Shown here: one piece after another, positions 39,659 through 50,505 of the stretch
How positions within the stretch are numbered: the stretch's first letter is position 1
How the letters are laid out: each line of letters starts with the position of its first letter
Assembly (NCBI GenBank): GCA_002500605.1
Contig: DLRR01000021.1
Span: 130,418 to 194,417 of the forward strand
Origin: Nitrospinaceae bacterium UBA7883
GTDB lineage: Bacteria; Nitrospinota_A; UBA7883
DNA: 64,000 bases
Reading direction: 5' to 3'
Translations under genes and position numbers: made by a program
Notes under the pieces: model-generated
Told to the model about the DNA's origin: nothing
The model's database searches: none
Seen by the model: only the letters and a program-made list of their open reading frames with translations

Positions 39659-40588
39659 GTGCTTGATAAACTAAACTTCTCAAAAAAAGCTTGGATTGCT
39701 ATGCAGCTTTTCATAATCTTGTGGATAGCATGGATGGTTTCAGGAGTCATGAATAAAGCCATATTAAGACTTTTTGACCATGACTACAATATGCAATCTC
39801 CTAAGCACTATACAAGACACTCCATCTTCAAGTCCAACATTCTTCGGCCTGACTATTCGGCTGTTATCTACGGGAACATTTTTGACTCATCTCTTGTCCA
39901 GCTGGGGAAGATAGGTGGTTTACGTCAGAGTTTACAGAACGGTTTATCTTCCAGTGTGGGTGCAAACGGATTGAAGACTAGTCTTCAATTGAAACTAGTT
40001 GGGACCATATGGGACATGGAAGGCAATACTTCAATAGCAGCCATTATTGGTGGCAAATCAATGGATAAGCTTATATACAGGGTGGGAGACCAAATACTTG
40101 GGGCAACTATCGTTTCAATCAGCAGAGTAAATGTTGAATTAATGAACAACGGTAAACTCGAAATTCTGGAGATGGATTTTCGCCAAGGTTCTGCTAGAGC
40201 TTACAATGGAAGACCTTCCATAGCTACAGGGCGCAATAGTACTCTACAGGACGTCCTCAGACAAAGCGATGTTGATTATACAATTTCACGGCAATATGTT
40301 GACTCACAGTTAAAAAACATAAATAGGCTACTTACCGAAGTGCGTGCTGTACCAATCATCCAAGGTGGTAAGGCTACAGGTTTTCGACTTTTTTCCATCC
40401 GAAAAGGGTCGGTTTTCAGCAAAATTGGGTTTAAAAACCGCGATTTAGTCCAAAGGATAAACGGTGTCGCTATAGACTCCGCTGAAAAAGGGCTTGAACT
40501 TTTCCAGGCTCTTCGCAATGAAAACAATTTTGAAGTCGATCTATTGCGTAATTCGCAGAAAAAAACCTTGAGGTATTCAATCCAATGA
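39659..40588 (+). CDS. gspC: Type II secretion system protein C (N-terminal TM, C-terminal PDZ)
   Basis: First gene of the gsp operon. The PDZ-like C-terminus is GFRLFSIRKGSVFSKIGFKNRDLVQRINGVAIDS. It overlaps the gspD start. Confidence 0.7.
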   Translation: MLDKLNFSKKAWIAMQLFIILWIAWMVSGVMNKAILRLFDHDYNMQSPKHYTRHSIFKSNILRPDYSAVIYGNIFDSSLVQLGKIGGLRQSLQNGLSSSVGANGLKTSLQLKLVGTIWDMEGNTSIAAIIGGKSMDKLIYRVGDQILGATIVSISRVNVELMNNGKLEILEMDFRQGSARAYNGRPSIATGRNSTLQDVLRQSDVDYTISRQYVDSQLKNINRLLTEVRAVPIIQGGKATGFRLFSIRKGSVFSKIGFKNRDLVQRINGVAIDSAEKGLELFQALRNENNFEVDLLRNSQKKTLRYSIQ

Positions 40589-42723
40589 CAGACCAGAAAA
40601 ACTTTTTTGAAAAGATTGTCTGCATTGTAATCGCAGTCGTTCTTTCTATTGGACCCGTTGAGCGTATCGCAAATGCAGAGAAAAATAATTCCAAGGCACA
40701 AAACAAAGCAATAACAAAACCTACTAACCCTTCTGCTAAAAGTACTGTCAAGCAGGGCACACCCCAAGTTAAGCAGAAGTTATCTAGTGCCAAAAAAGTG
40801 ATTATCAACTTCAATGAAGCCGACATAAAGGTCTTTATTAAGTTCATGTCTGAGCTTACGGGAAAAAACTACATTGTCGACGACAAGGTAAAAGGGAAGG
40901 TGACTGTGATATCACCCAAAGAGGTGTCGATGGAAGAGGCCATGAAAGTTTTCGAGTCGACGCTTCAGGTTTATGGGTACACTCTTCTCTCTGCTGGCGA
41001 AGTCATCAAGGTTATTCCAACATCGGAGGCAAAGCGTCAAGGCCCCTACTATTCAGGTAAAAGTGAAGTTGGGGATAGGATGACCACAAGACTCATACCA
41101 CTAAACTATATTATGTCCGATGAGATGGTAAATGTGCTAAGGCCTCTTATCCCAGTATCTAGTTTTATAACCTCATACGCATCTACCAACACACTCATTT
41201 TAGTCGATCTAGCATCTAATGCCGATAAAATCATAGGAATAATCAAGCAACTCGATGTAGCAGGTCACGAGGAAGAACTTACTGTGATGAGTCTTAAGTA
41301 TGCCGGAGCAAAAGAACTGGCAGAACGACTATCTAAAATATTCAAGGGTGATAAACGCTCCACCAGTAGGAGGAAGCCGACCCCGGGGTCAAGATCGTCA
41401 CTGGTACCAGTAAACATTGCTTGGAGCAACACTAAAGCCCGTGTTATTCCAGATGAAAGGGTAAACGCCTTAATTGTAATGGCTACAAAGTTTCAAACCA
41501 AAAGGATAAGGTCACTTGTCAAAAAGCTGGATATTAGACCACCAGCTGGGCAAGGCAAGATTAACGTTTACTACTTAAAAAATGCCGATGCTGAGAAACT
41601 TTCTAAAGTGCTTAATCAACTAACTGGTAAGGTCGTTCCAATATCCAAAAAACCAACAGGTAATCGCAACCCTAGTTCAATAAACCTGCAAAGTGAGGTT
41701 TTCGTCACCCCTGATAAGGCATCAAACTCTCTTGTTATTGCAGCTTCACGCGAGGATTACTCAACAATACGTGAAGTAATTGAAAAGCTGGATAAGCGCC
41801 GTAAACAGGTTTTTGTCGAGGCCCTGATCATGGAAATCACCACAGACAAAAGCAGGGAATTCGGAGTTGAGTGGCGGGCTACCGCTGACTTCAACGATGG
41901 CTCAATAGTCGGAATCGGAGGAACAAATTTTGGCAACATTAACAAGGTGGCCGAAAATCCTTTTGACGCACCACCAGGCATTACTATTGGCGTCGTGGAT
42001 GGGATAATAAACTTTGGTGGCCAGAACTACTTAAACATAGGTGCATTACTATACGCCTTGCAAAAAGAGTCCGGGATTAATATCCTTTCCACACCAAATT
42101 TACTTACAACTGATAATGAAGAAGCTGAGATTGTCGTAGCACAAAATGTTCCTTTTATCACGGGCCAATCGCAAAACACTGGTGGAACAACTTTGACCAC
42201 CATAGAGCGAAAAAATATAGGGATTACTTTAAAGATAAAACCACAGATAAGCGCTTCAGACACTGTTAAATTAGATGTATTTCAAGAAATTTCTTCAATT
42301 TCTCCAACTCAGATTGACAAAGCCCAGGATCTGATTACCTTCACACGTTCTGTTAAAACCACTGTGACAGTGAATAACAAGCAAAATATAGTTATTGGCG
42401 GTTTAATTCGCGATGACTTTAACGAGATTGAATCCAAGGTCCCGTTTTTTGGTGACATACCAGGCTTGGGGTGGTTATTTAAAAATCAGTCAAAACAAAA
42501 GCAAAAAACTAATCTTCTTATTTTTCTTACACCGCATATTATCAATTCTAGTGACGATATTAAACATATTACCGAAAAGCAAAACCGCATTATGCGAGTG
42601 GATGATGAGAAAAAGAACACACCATTTGAGGCTCCATTAACTACAGATCCATTGAAGAAAAAAGAAAAAAAGAAAAAGGAAACTGGTTTCCGGGGTTCGT
42701 TTGAACTAGATGGCTATCAATGA
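40585..42723 (+). CDS. gspD: Type II secretion system secretin GspD
   Basis: 712 aa with N0-N3 domains and a C-terminal secretin domain (VPFFGDIPGLGWLFKNQSKQKQKTNLLIFLTPHII). Confidence 0.9.
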   Translation: MTDQKNFFEKIVCIVIAVVLSIGPVERIANAEKNNSKAQNKAITKPTNPSAKSTVKQGTPQVKQKLSSAKKVIINFNEADIKVFIKFMSELTGKNYIVDDKVKGKVTVISPKEVSMEEAMKVFESTLQVYGYTLLSAGEVIKVIPTSEAKRQGPYYSGKSEVGDRMTTRLIPLNYIMSDEMVNVLRPLIPVSSFITSYASTNTLILVDLASNADKIIGIIKQLDVAGHEEELTVMSLKYAGAKELAERLSKIFKGDKRSTSRRKPTPGSRSSLVPVNIAWSNTKARVIPDERVNALIVMATKFQTKRIRSLVKKLDIRPPAGQGKINVYYLKNADAEKLSKVLNQLTGKVVPISKKPTGNRNPSSINLQSEVFVTPDKASNSLVIAASREDYSTIREVIEKLDKRRKQVFVEALIMEITTDKSREFGVEWRATADFNDGSIVGIGGTNFGNINKVAENPFDAPPGITIGVVDGIINFGGQNYLNIGALLYALQKESGINILSTPNLLTTDNEEAEIVVAQNVPFITGQSQNTGGTTLTTIERKNIGITLKIKPQISASDTVKLDVFQEISSISPTQIDKAQDLITFTRSVKTTVTVNNKQNIVIGGLIRDDFNEIESKVPFFGDIPGLGWLFKNQSKQKQKTNLLIFLTPHIINSSDDIKHITEKQNRIMRVDDEKKNTPFEAPLTTDPLKKKEKKKKETGFRGSFELDGYQ

Positions 42724-44288
42724 AAAACCAAATAGGGCTAAAAAAACTTACAGACGAACTGGGTTTGCAGTGGCTGGACAATGTAGACACCAACTCTGTG
42801 GATATTGAGCTTGCGGAAAAAATTTCATTTCAGTTTGCCAAATCTAATTTAATACTACCGCTCCGCAAAGAGGAAGGAAAGCTACAAGCTGTTTCGGCGG
42901 ATCCTCTTGATACTCAAACTCTAGACGATCTTCGCCTCCTCTTCAAAAGCCCAGTGGAGGTCTCTGTGACCGACCCTGACCGCATGATGGATCTTATTAA
43001 CAAGGTTTATGATATGTCGTCCCAGTCTGCAAACAAAACCATGGATGATATAGGCGAAGAAGAAGACCTTGACTCTTTGCTTCATAGCCTGCCTGAAGAC
43101 CTACTCGAAACTTCTGCTGAGGCACCAGTTATTCGGCTTGTGAACTCGGTGTTAGTTCAAGCGGTTAAAGAAAAAGCATCCGATATACATTTAGAACCGT
43201 ACGAAAGGGATTTGGTTGTTCGATACAGAATTGATGGCAACCTAATAAATATAATATCACCTCCCAAAAGATTGCAGGCACTCATAGTCTCTCGTATAAA
43301 GATTATGGCCGGTCTCAATATCGCAGAAAAACGCCTGCCACAGGATGGGCGCGTCAAAATAGTTATAGCTGGTAAAGAAGTAGACATTCGCGTAAGCGTC
43401 ATACCAACGTCCCACGGAGAAAGAGTGGTGATGCGTTTATTGGACAAATCCAATATGTTAATTGACCTTGGGAACCTTGGACTTAGGGGAGACAACCTAA
43501 AGCGATTAAAAAGTCTAATACAATTACCACATGGTATTGTACTCGTATCTGGTCCCACAGGTTCTGGCAAAACAACCACTCTTTACTCGGCTCTCTCTAG
43601 CATTAACACCGTGGAGAAAAATATCATAACAGTTGAAGATCCAGTGGAATACCTGCTACCTGGAATTGGTCAAATGCCAGTTAATACAAAGGTTGGCCTA
43701 ACATTTTCCAATGGCCTAAGGTCGATCCTGCGTCAGGATCCAGACATAATTATGGTTGGTGAAATCCGTGATTTGGAAACCGCAGAGATAGCTGTACAAG
43801 CTTCACTTACAGGACACTTGGTTTTCTCAACCATTCACACTAACGATGCCGCCGGCTCCGTAACTCGGCTTGTCGATATTGGTGTTCAACCTTTTCTAAT
43901 TTCATCTTCATTAGTAGCAACGTTGGCTCAGCGATTGGTAAGGGTGCTTTGCCCACATTGCCGTGAAGCATATGATCCTACAGAACGGAGTTTAGCCCAA
44001 CTTGGTTTAAAGCCAGATGATATTGACAAGGGAATAGTGTTCTACCGAGCTCAAAGTTGCCAAATTTGCCGGAATACTGGTTATATTGGAAGAACGGGCA
44101 TCTTTGAGCTTCTGGTAGTAGATGAAGAAATCCGACCGCTGATTACTGATGATATAAATTCTGTGCAAATAAAGGCAGCGGCTGCAAAACGTGGGTTTTT
44201 GGATCTTAAATCTAGTGGGACAAAGCTTGTTATTGAAGGTGCTACCTCGGTTGAAGAAGTAGTACGTGTAACCTCCGACGCGATATAG
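42720..44288 (+). CDS. gspE: Type II secretion ATPase GspE
   Basis: N1E domain, Walker A VSGPTGSGKTTTL, and a tetracysteine CPHC...CQIC motif. Confidence 0.92.
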   Translation: MKNQIGLKKLTDELGLQWLDNVDTNSVDIELAEKISFQFAKSNLILPLRKEEGKLQAVSADPLDTQTLDDLRLLFKSPVEVSVTDPDRMMDLINKVYDMSSQSANKTMDDIGEEEDLDSLLHSLPEDLLETSAEAPVIRLVNSVLVQAVKEKASDIHLEPYERDLVVRYRIDGNLINIISPPKRLQALIVSRIKIMAGLNIAEKRLPQDGRVKIVIAGKEVDIRVSVIPTSHGERVVMRLLDKSNMLIDLGNLGLRGDNLKRLKSLIQLPHGIVLVSGPTGSGKTTTLYSALSSINTVEKNIITVEDPVEYLLPGIGQMPVNTKVGLTFSNGLRSILRQDPDIIMVGEIRDLETAEIAVQASLTGHLVFSTIHTNDAAGSVTRLVDIGVQPFLISSSLVATLAQRLVRVLCPHCREAYDPTERSLAQLGLKPDDIDKGIVFYRAQSCQICRNTGYIGRTGIFELLVVDEEIRPLITDDINSVQIKAAAAKRGFLDLKSSGTKLVIEGATSVEEVVRVTSDAI

Positions 44289-44297
44289 GAGAAACAC

Positions 44298-45518
44298 ATG
44301 CCGATTTTTGAGTACATAGGTTACAGCCCAGTTGGGGAAAAAATCGCCGGAATCGTCGACGCAGACAACCCAAGAGCGGCCCGCCAAAAACTGAGAAGAA
44401 ACGGAATAAGAACAACAGGCATCATGGCCGATTCTGGTGGCACCAAGGAGTTTTTGCGGGCACCGATGGTAGTTTTAACCAGCAGAATATCATCCAAAGA
44501 TATATCTGTGTTCACTCGACAATTAGCAACAATGCAAGCAGCTGGGGTTACATTGGTAGAATCATTAGACACTTTGATATACCAAATAGATAATGTAAGG
44601 TTTAAAAAAGTCATCACTGATATTCGAGAACGAGTCTCCCACGGTTCTTCCTTTTCAGATGCTCTTGCTGAACACTCTACTCACTTTAATGATATGTACG
44701 TTTATCTTGTTAGAGCAGGCGAGATGTCTGGAGCCATGGAGCAGACTCTAAATAAGTTGGCCCACTTTAATGAACACAGAATGAAACAAAAAAGCAAGCT
44801 AACAACTTCAATGGTATATCCACTAATAATGACCTTTGCTGGTTGTGGCATACTACTTTTCCTTCTAGGCTATGTGGTGCCAAAAACACAAACAATGTTT
44901 GAAGAAATGAGTCAAGCATTGCCATTGCCAACCATAATTCTTATTGCTGTGTCTAATTTTCTATCTAATTGGTGGATTGCTATACTACTTTTCATAATCA
45001 TTGGGCTTGTTGCGCTGAAGTATTACTCAACTAAAGAAAAGGGAAGGGAAAATCTGCACCGAATGCTATTAAAAACTCCTATTATTGGACCAATAATACT
45101 GAATTCAAATATAGCCCAGTTTACTGGTGCATTAAGTGTCCTATTAACTGGCGGAGTGGGACTTATTGAAGCTCTTAACCTAACCGAAAAGATGCTGGAC
45201 AACCAAGTGATAGGGGATGCTATAGCAAAGTCAGCTGTGGCCGTTACAGAGGGTGAATCAATTGCCGTTCCACTGCAAAGTTCTGGTCTTTTTCCGCCAA
45301 CAGTAACCCAAATGATCACTACTGGCGAAAAGTCAGGATCTCTTGAAAATATGCTTGCCAAAATATCTGAGGCCTACGAATTTGAAGTGGAAACCTCACT
45401 CTCTGTATTGACCTCTATGGTTGAACCGATTCTAATACTTGTCATGGGGGCCGTAGTAGGCTTTATTGTCCTCGCCATATTGCTACCAATATTTGAACTA
45501 AGCCATATTGTGGGTTAG
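44298..45518 (+). CDS. gspF: Type II secretion inner-membrane platform protein GspF
   Basis: 406 aa with two T2SSF repeats and 3 TM. Confidence 0.9.
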   Translation: MPIFEYIGYSPVGEKIAGIVDADNPRAARQKLRRNGIRTTGIMADSGGTKEFLRAPMVVLTSRISSKDISVFTRQLATMQAAGVTLVESLDTLIYQIDNVRFKKVITDIRERVSHGSSFSDALAEHSTHFNDMYVYLVRAGEMSGAMEQTLNKLAHFNEHRMKQKSKLTTSMVYPLIMTFAGCGILLFLLGYVVPKTQTMFEEMSQALPLPTIILIAVSNFLSNWWIAILLFIIIGLVALKYYSTKEKGRENLHRMLLKTPIIGPIILNSNIAQFTGALSVLLTGGVGLIEALNLTEKMLDNQVIGDAIAKSAVAVTEGESIAVPLQSSGLFPPTVTQMITTGEKSGSLENMLAKISEAYEFEVETSLSVLTSMVEPILILVMGAVVGFIVLAILLPIFELSHIVG

Positions 45519-45528
45519 TTGGGAGGTT

Positions 45529-45975
45529 ATGTCTGATATGAAAAGAGTAATAAAAAATTGTCACGGTTTCACACTTATAGAAATCCTTATTGTTGTCGCT
45601 ATAATAGGTATTTTAGCTGCTTTCATCATCCCGCGAATCATGGCTAAACCTGAGGAGGCACGACGTATCAAGGCTGTGGTAGATATAAAGTCAATTGAAA
45701 CCGGACTCAATATGTACCATATAGATAATGGTGTCTTCCCAACTTCAGAACAGGGGCTCAACGCACTGGTGAATATTCCAACAACAGGAAACATCCCGAA
45801 AAGATGGCGCGAATACGGTTATTTGCCCCGCATACCTAAAGACCCTTGGGGGGGTGATTATATTTACCTATCCCCTGGTGCCAACAGCCCATATGACCTA
45901 TCTAGCTATGGCCCTGATGGTCAAAGGGGTGGGGAAGGTAAGGACGCTGATATAACCAACTGGGAAATACAGTGA
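45529..45975 (+). CDS. gspG: Major pseudopilin GspG
   Basis: Prepilin leader ending ...NCHG|[27 protein letters not shown]. The conserved GspG C-terminus is [11 protein letters not shown]. Confidence 0.88.
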   Translation: MSDMKRVIKNCHGFTLIEILIVVAIIGILAAFIIPRIMAKPEEARRIKAVVDIKSIETGLNMYHIDNGVFPTSEQGLNALVNIPTTGNIPKRWREYGYLPRIPKDPWGGDYIYLSPGANSPYDLSSYGPDGQRGGEGKDADITNWEIQ

Positions 45976-46541
45976 AATCGTCTCCACTACTTAATCGTTA
46001 TGGATTCACTTTAATAGAGCTTTCAGTTGTGTTGCTGATAATAGGAATTATATCGGCTTTAATTATTCCTCGATTGACCAGTGTTGGCGACTGGCAACTA
46101 AGATCTTCTGCAAGACGGTTAGCTGCTTCCATAACATACTTGTATGATAAGGCTTCCACTTCCCGCCTTGTGTATCGACTTACAATTGATCTGGATAATG
46201 GAAAATATTTTGCGAGTTTATTAAACACAGATAACCAGTTTGAAAAAATTGCAACGCGGTATGCAAAAAACACCACTTTACCCAAAACCATTAAAATCAA
46301 TTGGGCGCGTACTCAAAGACATGGTTTAACTAAAGATGGTACTATTACCATCCATTTCCTGCCCTCCGGTTTTATGGACTTTGCAATTATTGAACTTGCA
46401 GATAACGCTAATAATGTCTACACACTTAAATCAAATCCGCTTACCGGAGAAGTGAAAATCACCGAAGGAAAATCGCAGCCAGGCTTGCTTGATGACCGTA
46501 TATCTCTATACATAGACTCAGAACATAGAAGTGCAGCATGA
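45972..46541 (+). CDS. gspH: Minor pseudopilin GspH
   Basis: RYG|[15 protein letters not shown] prepilin motif. Overlapping start/stop. Confidence 0.8.
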   Translation: MKSSPLLNRYGFTLIELSVVLLIIGIISALIIPRLTSVGDWQLRSSARRLAASITYLYDKASTSRLVYRLTIDLDNGKYFASLLNTDNQFEKIATRYAKNTTLPKTIKINWARTQRHGLTKDGTITIHFLPSGFMDFAIIELADNANNVYTLKSNPLTGEVKITEGKSQPGLLDDRISLYIDSEHRSAA

Positions 46542-46921
46542 TCAATAAACGCAACAAAACATCTTTCAAAAAAGGATTCACCCTCCTCGAGGTAATGGTG
46601 GCTTTAGCAGTGCTTTCATTCTCTTTGATTTCTCTGCTTTCGGCACATAATCAAGCTATTCACATGGGAGCAGAGTCTATAAAAATTACTAGAGCAGTGA
46701 CTCTTGCTCGCGAAGAAATGGAACGAATATTCATAACCACACTTCCAACAGTTGGGGAACCGATCACACATAAGCGTGAAGATTATCCTGAGTTTGAATG
46801 GAAAACTTATGTTGACAAAACTCCCATACGTGAAACTTTTAAAGTTGCAATTGCAGTTTATAAAATAAGTGATCAAGAAGGATCCAATGTTTTTACCCTT
46901 AAAGCATATCTGACAAAATGA
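46538..46921 (+). CDS. gspI: Minor pseudopilin GspI
   Basis: KKG|FTLLEVMVALAVLS prepilin motif. Confidence 0.8.
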   Translation: MINKRNKTSFKKGFTLLEVMVALAVLSFSLISLLSAHNQAIHMGAESIKITRAVTLAREEMERIFITTLPTVGEPITHKREDYPEFEWKTYVDKTPIRETFKVAIAVYKISDQEGSNVFTLKAYLTK

Positions 46922-47562
46922 GCACATTATATGGCAGCAATTTAAGGCCGGGCCGAAAAGGGTTTACCTTAATAGAGGTGCTTGTAACAACTGCTATCAT
47001 CTCACTAATAGTAATCATGATTTATTCTTCATTTGCCGCTGTTTCTGCTAGTAGCGCTATTATGGATGAAAAAACAAGACTTAACCACACTGCACGTTTC
47101 ATTATACAAACATTAAATAATGATTTAGCCTCAGCCTCCCTGTTGCCAAATAATAAAGCTGGAGTATTTAATGGTGAGGATAGCATAGGAGATATGCAGA
47201 CAGACAAAATCAAATTTACAGGGTATGGGAAGAAGTTTTCATTCCACGGGCCAGATCAAGCCCTTATCGTATGGTATGTCGATGAAACTGGAAAAGATAA
47301 TCAAAATGTTCTCATGCGGGGCGAAAGCTTTACTGCATTAAAACTTTCCACTGCAAGTGACGAGGAAGGTGCTATCCCTGTTACCACTAAATTGCTGTCC
47401 TTTGACATAAAATATTTAGTTGCAAATGAGTGGGAAGAAAGCTTCGATTCAACACAATCTTGGCAACTACCAAAAGCGGTAAAAGTAACAGTTAAGCTGA
47501 GTGGACAGACAGGTGCGGTATTAGAAAGCAAAAGCCTGATTCCAATAGGAGGCGGAGAATGA
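46918..47562 (+). CDS. gspJ: Minor pseudopilin GspJ
   Basis: RKG|FTLIEVLVTTAII prepilin motif. Confidence 0.8.
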   Translation: MSTLYGSNLRPGRKGFTLIEVLVTTAIISLIVIMIYSSFAAVSASSAIMDEKTRLNHTARFIIQTLNNDLASASLLPNNKAGVFNGEDSIGDMQTDKIKFTGYGKKFSFHGPDQALIVWYVDETGKDNQNVLMRGESFTALKLSTASDEEGAIPVTTKLLSFDIKYLVANEWEESFDSTQSWQLPKAVKVTVKLSGQTGAVLESKSLIPIGGGE

Positions 47563-48491
47563 GACGTAACCGCATTCTACAAAGCCAATCTGGGGTTGCT
47601 CTCATACTTACAATTTTTATCGTAGCCTTACTTACAATCACTGTGTTTGATTTCCTGTATAATTCGTGGATACAAGCTACACTTGCCACCTCTTATCGTG
47701 ATGAAACCAAAGCTTATTTTGCTGCTCGCTCAGGCCAGGAAGTAGCAAAGCGTATCTTAATAGCAGATGCTAAGTCAAAGATTAAACTTGATACTCTAAG
47801 CGAGGAGTGGGCCCAGAAGGCCATACCATTACCTATAGATGACACATATGCATTTTTGACGATCCAAGACGAGTCCGGCAAAATCAATCTGAACAAACTA
47901 ACTTCCGACAAAGGCTATAGAAATGACAAGTGGGTTGCACTGTTCACCAGACTTTTAGACCAGCTGGGTCTAGATTATACCCTAGCTGCCTCAATAGTGG
48001 ATTGGTCCGATAAAAATAGCCTAATATCAACTGGGGGAGCAGAAGATGGTTATTATTTATCCTTGAAAAACCCATACCATTCAAAAAACTCTCGTCTTGA
48101 TTCCCTAGATGAATTATACCTAATCAAAGGTATCACCAAGGAAGTTATGACCAAGCTTCGGCCCCATGTAACTCTATGGGGAGATGGTCCAATCAACATA
48201 AACACTGCCACTCCTTACGCATTACTAGCCCTTGACGAGGCCATGACAAATGGTCTGGTAAAATCAATTGTCGCTAAAAGGCTAATTAGACCTTTTAAAA
48301 AGCGCGAAGATATTAAAACAATTGCAGGCATGGCCGATATATACCCCAATATCGCTCTGCTAATTAATGTAAAAAGCGATTACTACTCAGTAGATACCAG
48401 CGCTACTTTTGGTGAATCATCCAGGTCCATTCATGCCGTCTACAGGCGAAACGCGGCAGGGACCAAAACACTTTTTTACAAAACTTACTAG
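47559..48491 (+). CDS. gspK: Minor pseudopilin GspK
   Basis: N-terminal hydrophobic GVALILTIFIVALLTI. The size and position match GspK. Confidence 0.75.
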   Translation: MRRNRILQSQSGVALILTIFIVALLTITVFDFLYNSWIQATLATSYRDETKAYFAARSGQEVAKRILIADAKSKIKLDTLSEEWAQKAIPLPIDDTYAFLTIQDESGKINLNKLTSDKGYRNDKWVALFTRLLDQLGLDYTLAASIVDWSDKNSLISTGGAEDGYYLSLKNPYHSKNSRLDSLDELYLIKGITKEVMTKLRPHVTLWGDGPININTATPYALLALDEAMTNGLVKSIVAKRLIRPFKKREDIKTIAGMADIYPNIALLINVKSDYYSVDTSATFGESSRSIHAVYRRNAAGTKTLFYKTY

Positions 48492-48500
48492 GATCTTACT

Positions 48501-49943
48501 ATGGCAAACAAGGTGTTTGGAATCGAAGTCAGGAATGATGACATAAGAATAGCCATTATTGATAGTCGGTTTCGCGTACAAAAGGCTATACATCTCTTGA
48601 GAAAGAGTCAATGGCTCAAGTCTGATAAGAGCACGCAAGAATACTTACGGTCTGCCATGGACTTGCTTGGGTTTAATCCTGAAGTGGATTATGTAGTCAC
48701 AGTTTTACCAGGAAGGTTGCTTACTTGTAGGAAGTTGACTTTCCCAATGAAAAAGCGACGGCAGATTGAGGAAGTGCTCCCTTACGAGTTGGAATCATAC
48801 ATGCCTTTCGAAGTGGAAGATATCTGCGTAGGTTTCGACATAATTGAAGAAGATGAAAACGGTGCGACAGTGTTGGTGGCCGTTGCATGTAAAAATGACA
48901 TGAAAAAGCATCTTGAATTTTTTGATCAGGCCGAGGTAGTTCCTGATGCAGTAGTGGCAGGGCCACTATCTTTATTTAATAACGAACTTTCCGGCACACA
49001 AATGCTACCACGTATTTTGGTCTCAATAGAATCAGACTATATTTCTGTGGCCCTTTCGGAAAACCAACAGCCGTTAATGTTCCATTCATTTCCGGCCACA
49101 AATGATCCGACTAAAGTTGCAAGAGAAGTAAAAAGGCTAACCTATTCAGTAGGTCAAGAAAAAGGAACAAACCTTGGCGAAGTAATCGTACAAGGAGCTG
49201 GTTGCGTGAATGCAGATTTTATCAATAGACTTGGTAACAACTTAAATGTACCAGTAAAATTTCCAGTACTAGATAACTTTGAAGCAACAGTAGATAGCGA
49301 TAATTCAAATGACATCAGTAATCTCGCAGCTGTGTTTTCTGTTCCACTAGGCGCTGCGTACGCCCTAGCCAACGCCAAAGTAGATAAACTTTTGAATTTT
49401 CGCACTGGTGAATTTAAACGAAAAGCCAGACTTATAGGACAACGAGCCCAGATGCTTACAACCGCAGCTCTAATAATGCTGGGAATATTTGTGTGGGCTT
49501 TATCATTTGGTGGGGAAGTAATCGCTCTTAGTTCAACATACAATGACTTAAAGAATCGAACAAGAGCCGAGTTCAGGCGGGCAATACCAAATGAAACAAA
49601 TATAGTCTATGAAACGCAACAGCTTAAAAACAGTTATAAAAGATTACTGAACAAATCTCATTCACTCGGAATTATCGGGTCGATTACTGACCCAGCTCTA
49701 GACCGACTTCTAGACATCACTCGATCAGTACCAAGGACTGGCAAACTTGATGTAGAAAATTTTGTATATGAAGATACAGAAATAGTCATTGCTGGAAGAA
49801 CCGAATCTTTCGAACAAGTGGAGCAACTCAAAAAAGAGATCTCGAGATTGCTTTGGGTAAATACCACCACTGTGGACCATGCAAAGGCTGGGGTGAATTC
49901 TGCGTATGTGAATTTCCGACTAAAAGTAACTGTCAGTCAGTAG
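48501..49943 (+). CDS. gspL: Type II secretion protein GspL (cytoplasmic actin-like domain + TM + periplasmic domain)
   Basis: 480 aa with a single mid-protein TM (LTTAALIMLGIFVWALSF). Its position is between gspK and gspM. Confidence 0.65.
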   Translation: MANKVFGIEVRNDDIRIAIIDSRFRVQKAIHLLRKSQWLKSDKSTQEYLRSAMDLLGFNPEVDYVVTVLPGRLLTCRKLTFPMKKRRQIEEVLPYELESYMPFEVEDICVGFDIIEEDENGATVLVAVACKNDMKKHLEFFDQAEVVPDAVVAGPLSLFNNELSGTQMLPRILVSIESDYISVALSENQQPLMFHSFPATNDPTKVAREVKRLTYSVGQEKGTNLGEVIVQGAGCVNADFINRLGNNLNVPVKFPVLDNFEATVDSDNSNDISNLAAVFSVPLGAAYALANAKVDKLLNFRTGEFKRKARLIGQRAQMLTTAALIMLGIFVWALSFGGEVIALSSTYNDLKNRTRAEFRRAIPNETNIVYETQQLKNSYKRLLNKSHSLGIIGSITDPALDRLLDITRSVPRTGKLDVENFVYEDTEIVIAGRTESFEQVEQLKKEISRLLWVNTTTVDHAKAGVNSAYVNFRLKVTVSQ

Positions 49944-49947
49944 ACCC

Positions 49948-50502
49948 ATGAAAGGTATCGATTTGATCTTTTTAACAAACATGAGTCATCGAGAACGATT
50001 ATTGCTTGGTGTAATAATCATCATTAGCCTTGTTACATTCTTATGGGTTGGAATTTACGAGCCTTTGACCGACCAGCGAGCATCGTTAGAACAAAAAATA
50101 TTAAGTAAAAGAGGTGAGCTGATGGAGATTTCAGCAATTGCCGATAGATATGTAGAAGTCAAAACCGTTATTGATTTGATTAATCAACGGATTAGCTCTG
50201 GAAAAACCAATAAATCTCTCCTCGCTTCAATGGAACTCCTGGCAAAAAATTCTGGGCTTAGCAGTAATGTGGTTTCCATGTCCCCCACGCAGACCATGCA
50301 ATTTGACGGTTACAAAGAATACGGGGTTGAGCTTAGACTTGAAAAGGTTTCGTTGCCTGCACTAGTTTCATTGCTACAAGAAATAAAAAAAACAACTGGG
50401 TACGCCAGAGTCAAGCGTATGTCTGTAAAAACAAATTATGAAAATCCAGCATTTCTTAAAGTGGCTCTCCGGGTATCAAACTACAAACGCATCACAAAAT
50501 AG
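49948..50502 (+). CDS. gspM: Type II secretion protein GspM
   Basis: 184 aa bitopic protein in conserved operon position. Confidence 0.6.
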   Translation: MKGIDLIFLTNMSHRERLLLGVIIIISLVTFLWVGIYEPLTDQRASLEQKILSKRGELMEISAIADRYVEVKTVIDLINQRISSGKTNKSLLASMELLAKNSGLSSNVVSMSPTQTMQFDGYKEYGVELRLEKVSLPALVSLLQEIKKTTGYARVKRMSVKTNYENPAFLKVALRVSNYKRITK

Positions 50503-50505
50503 CCT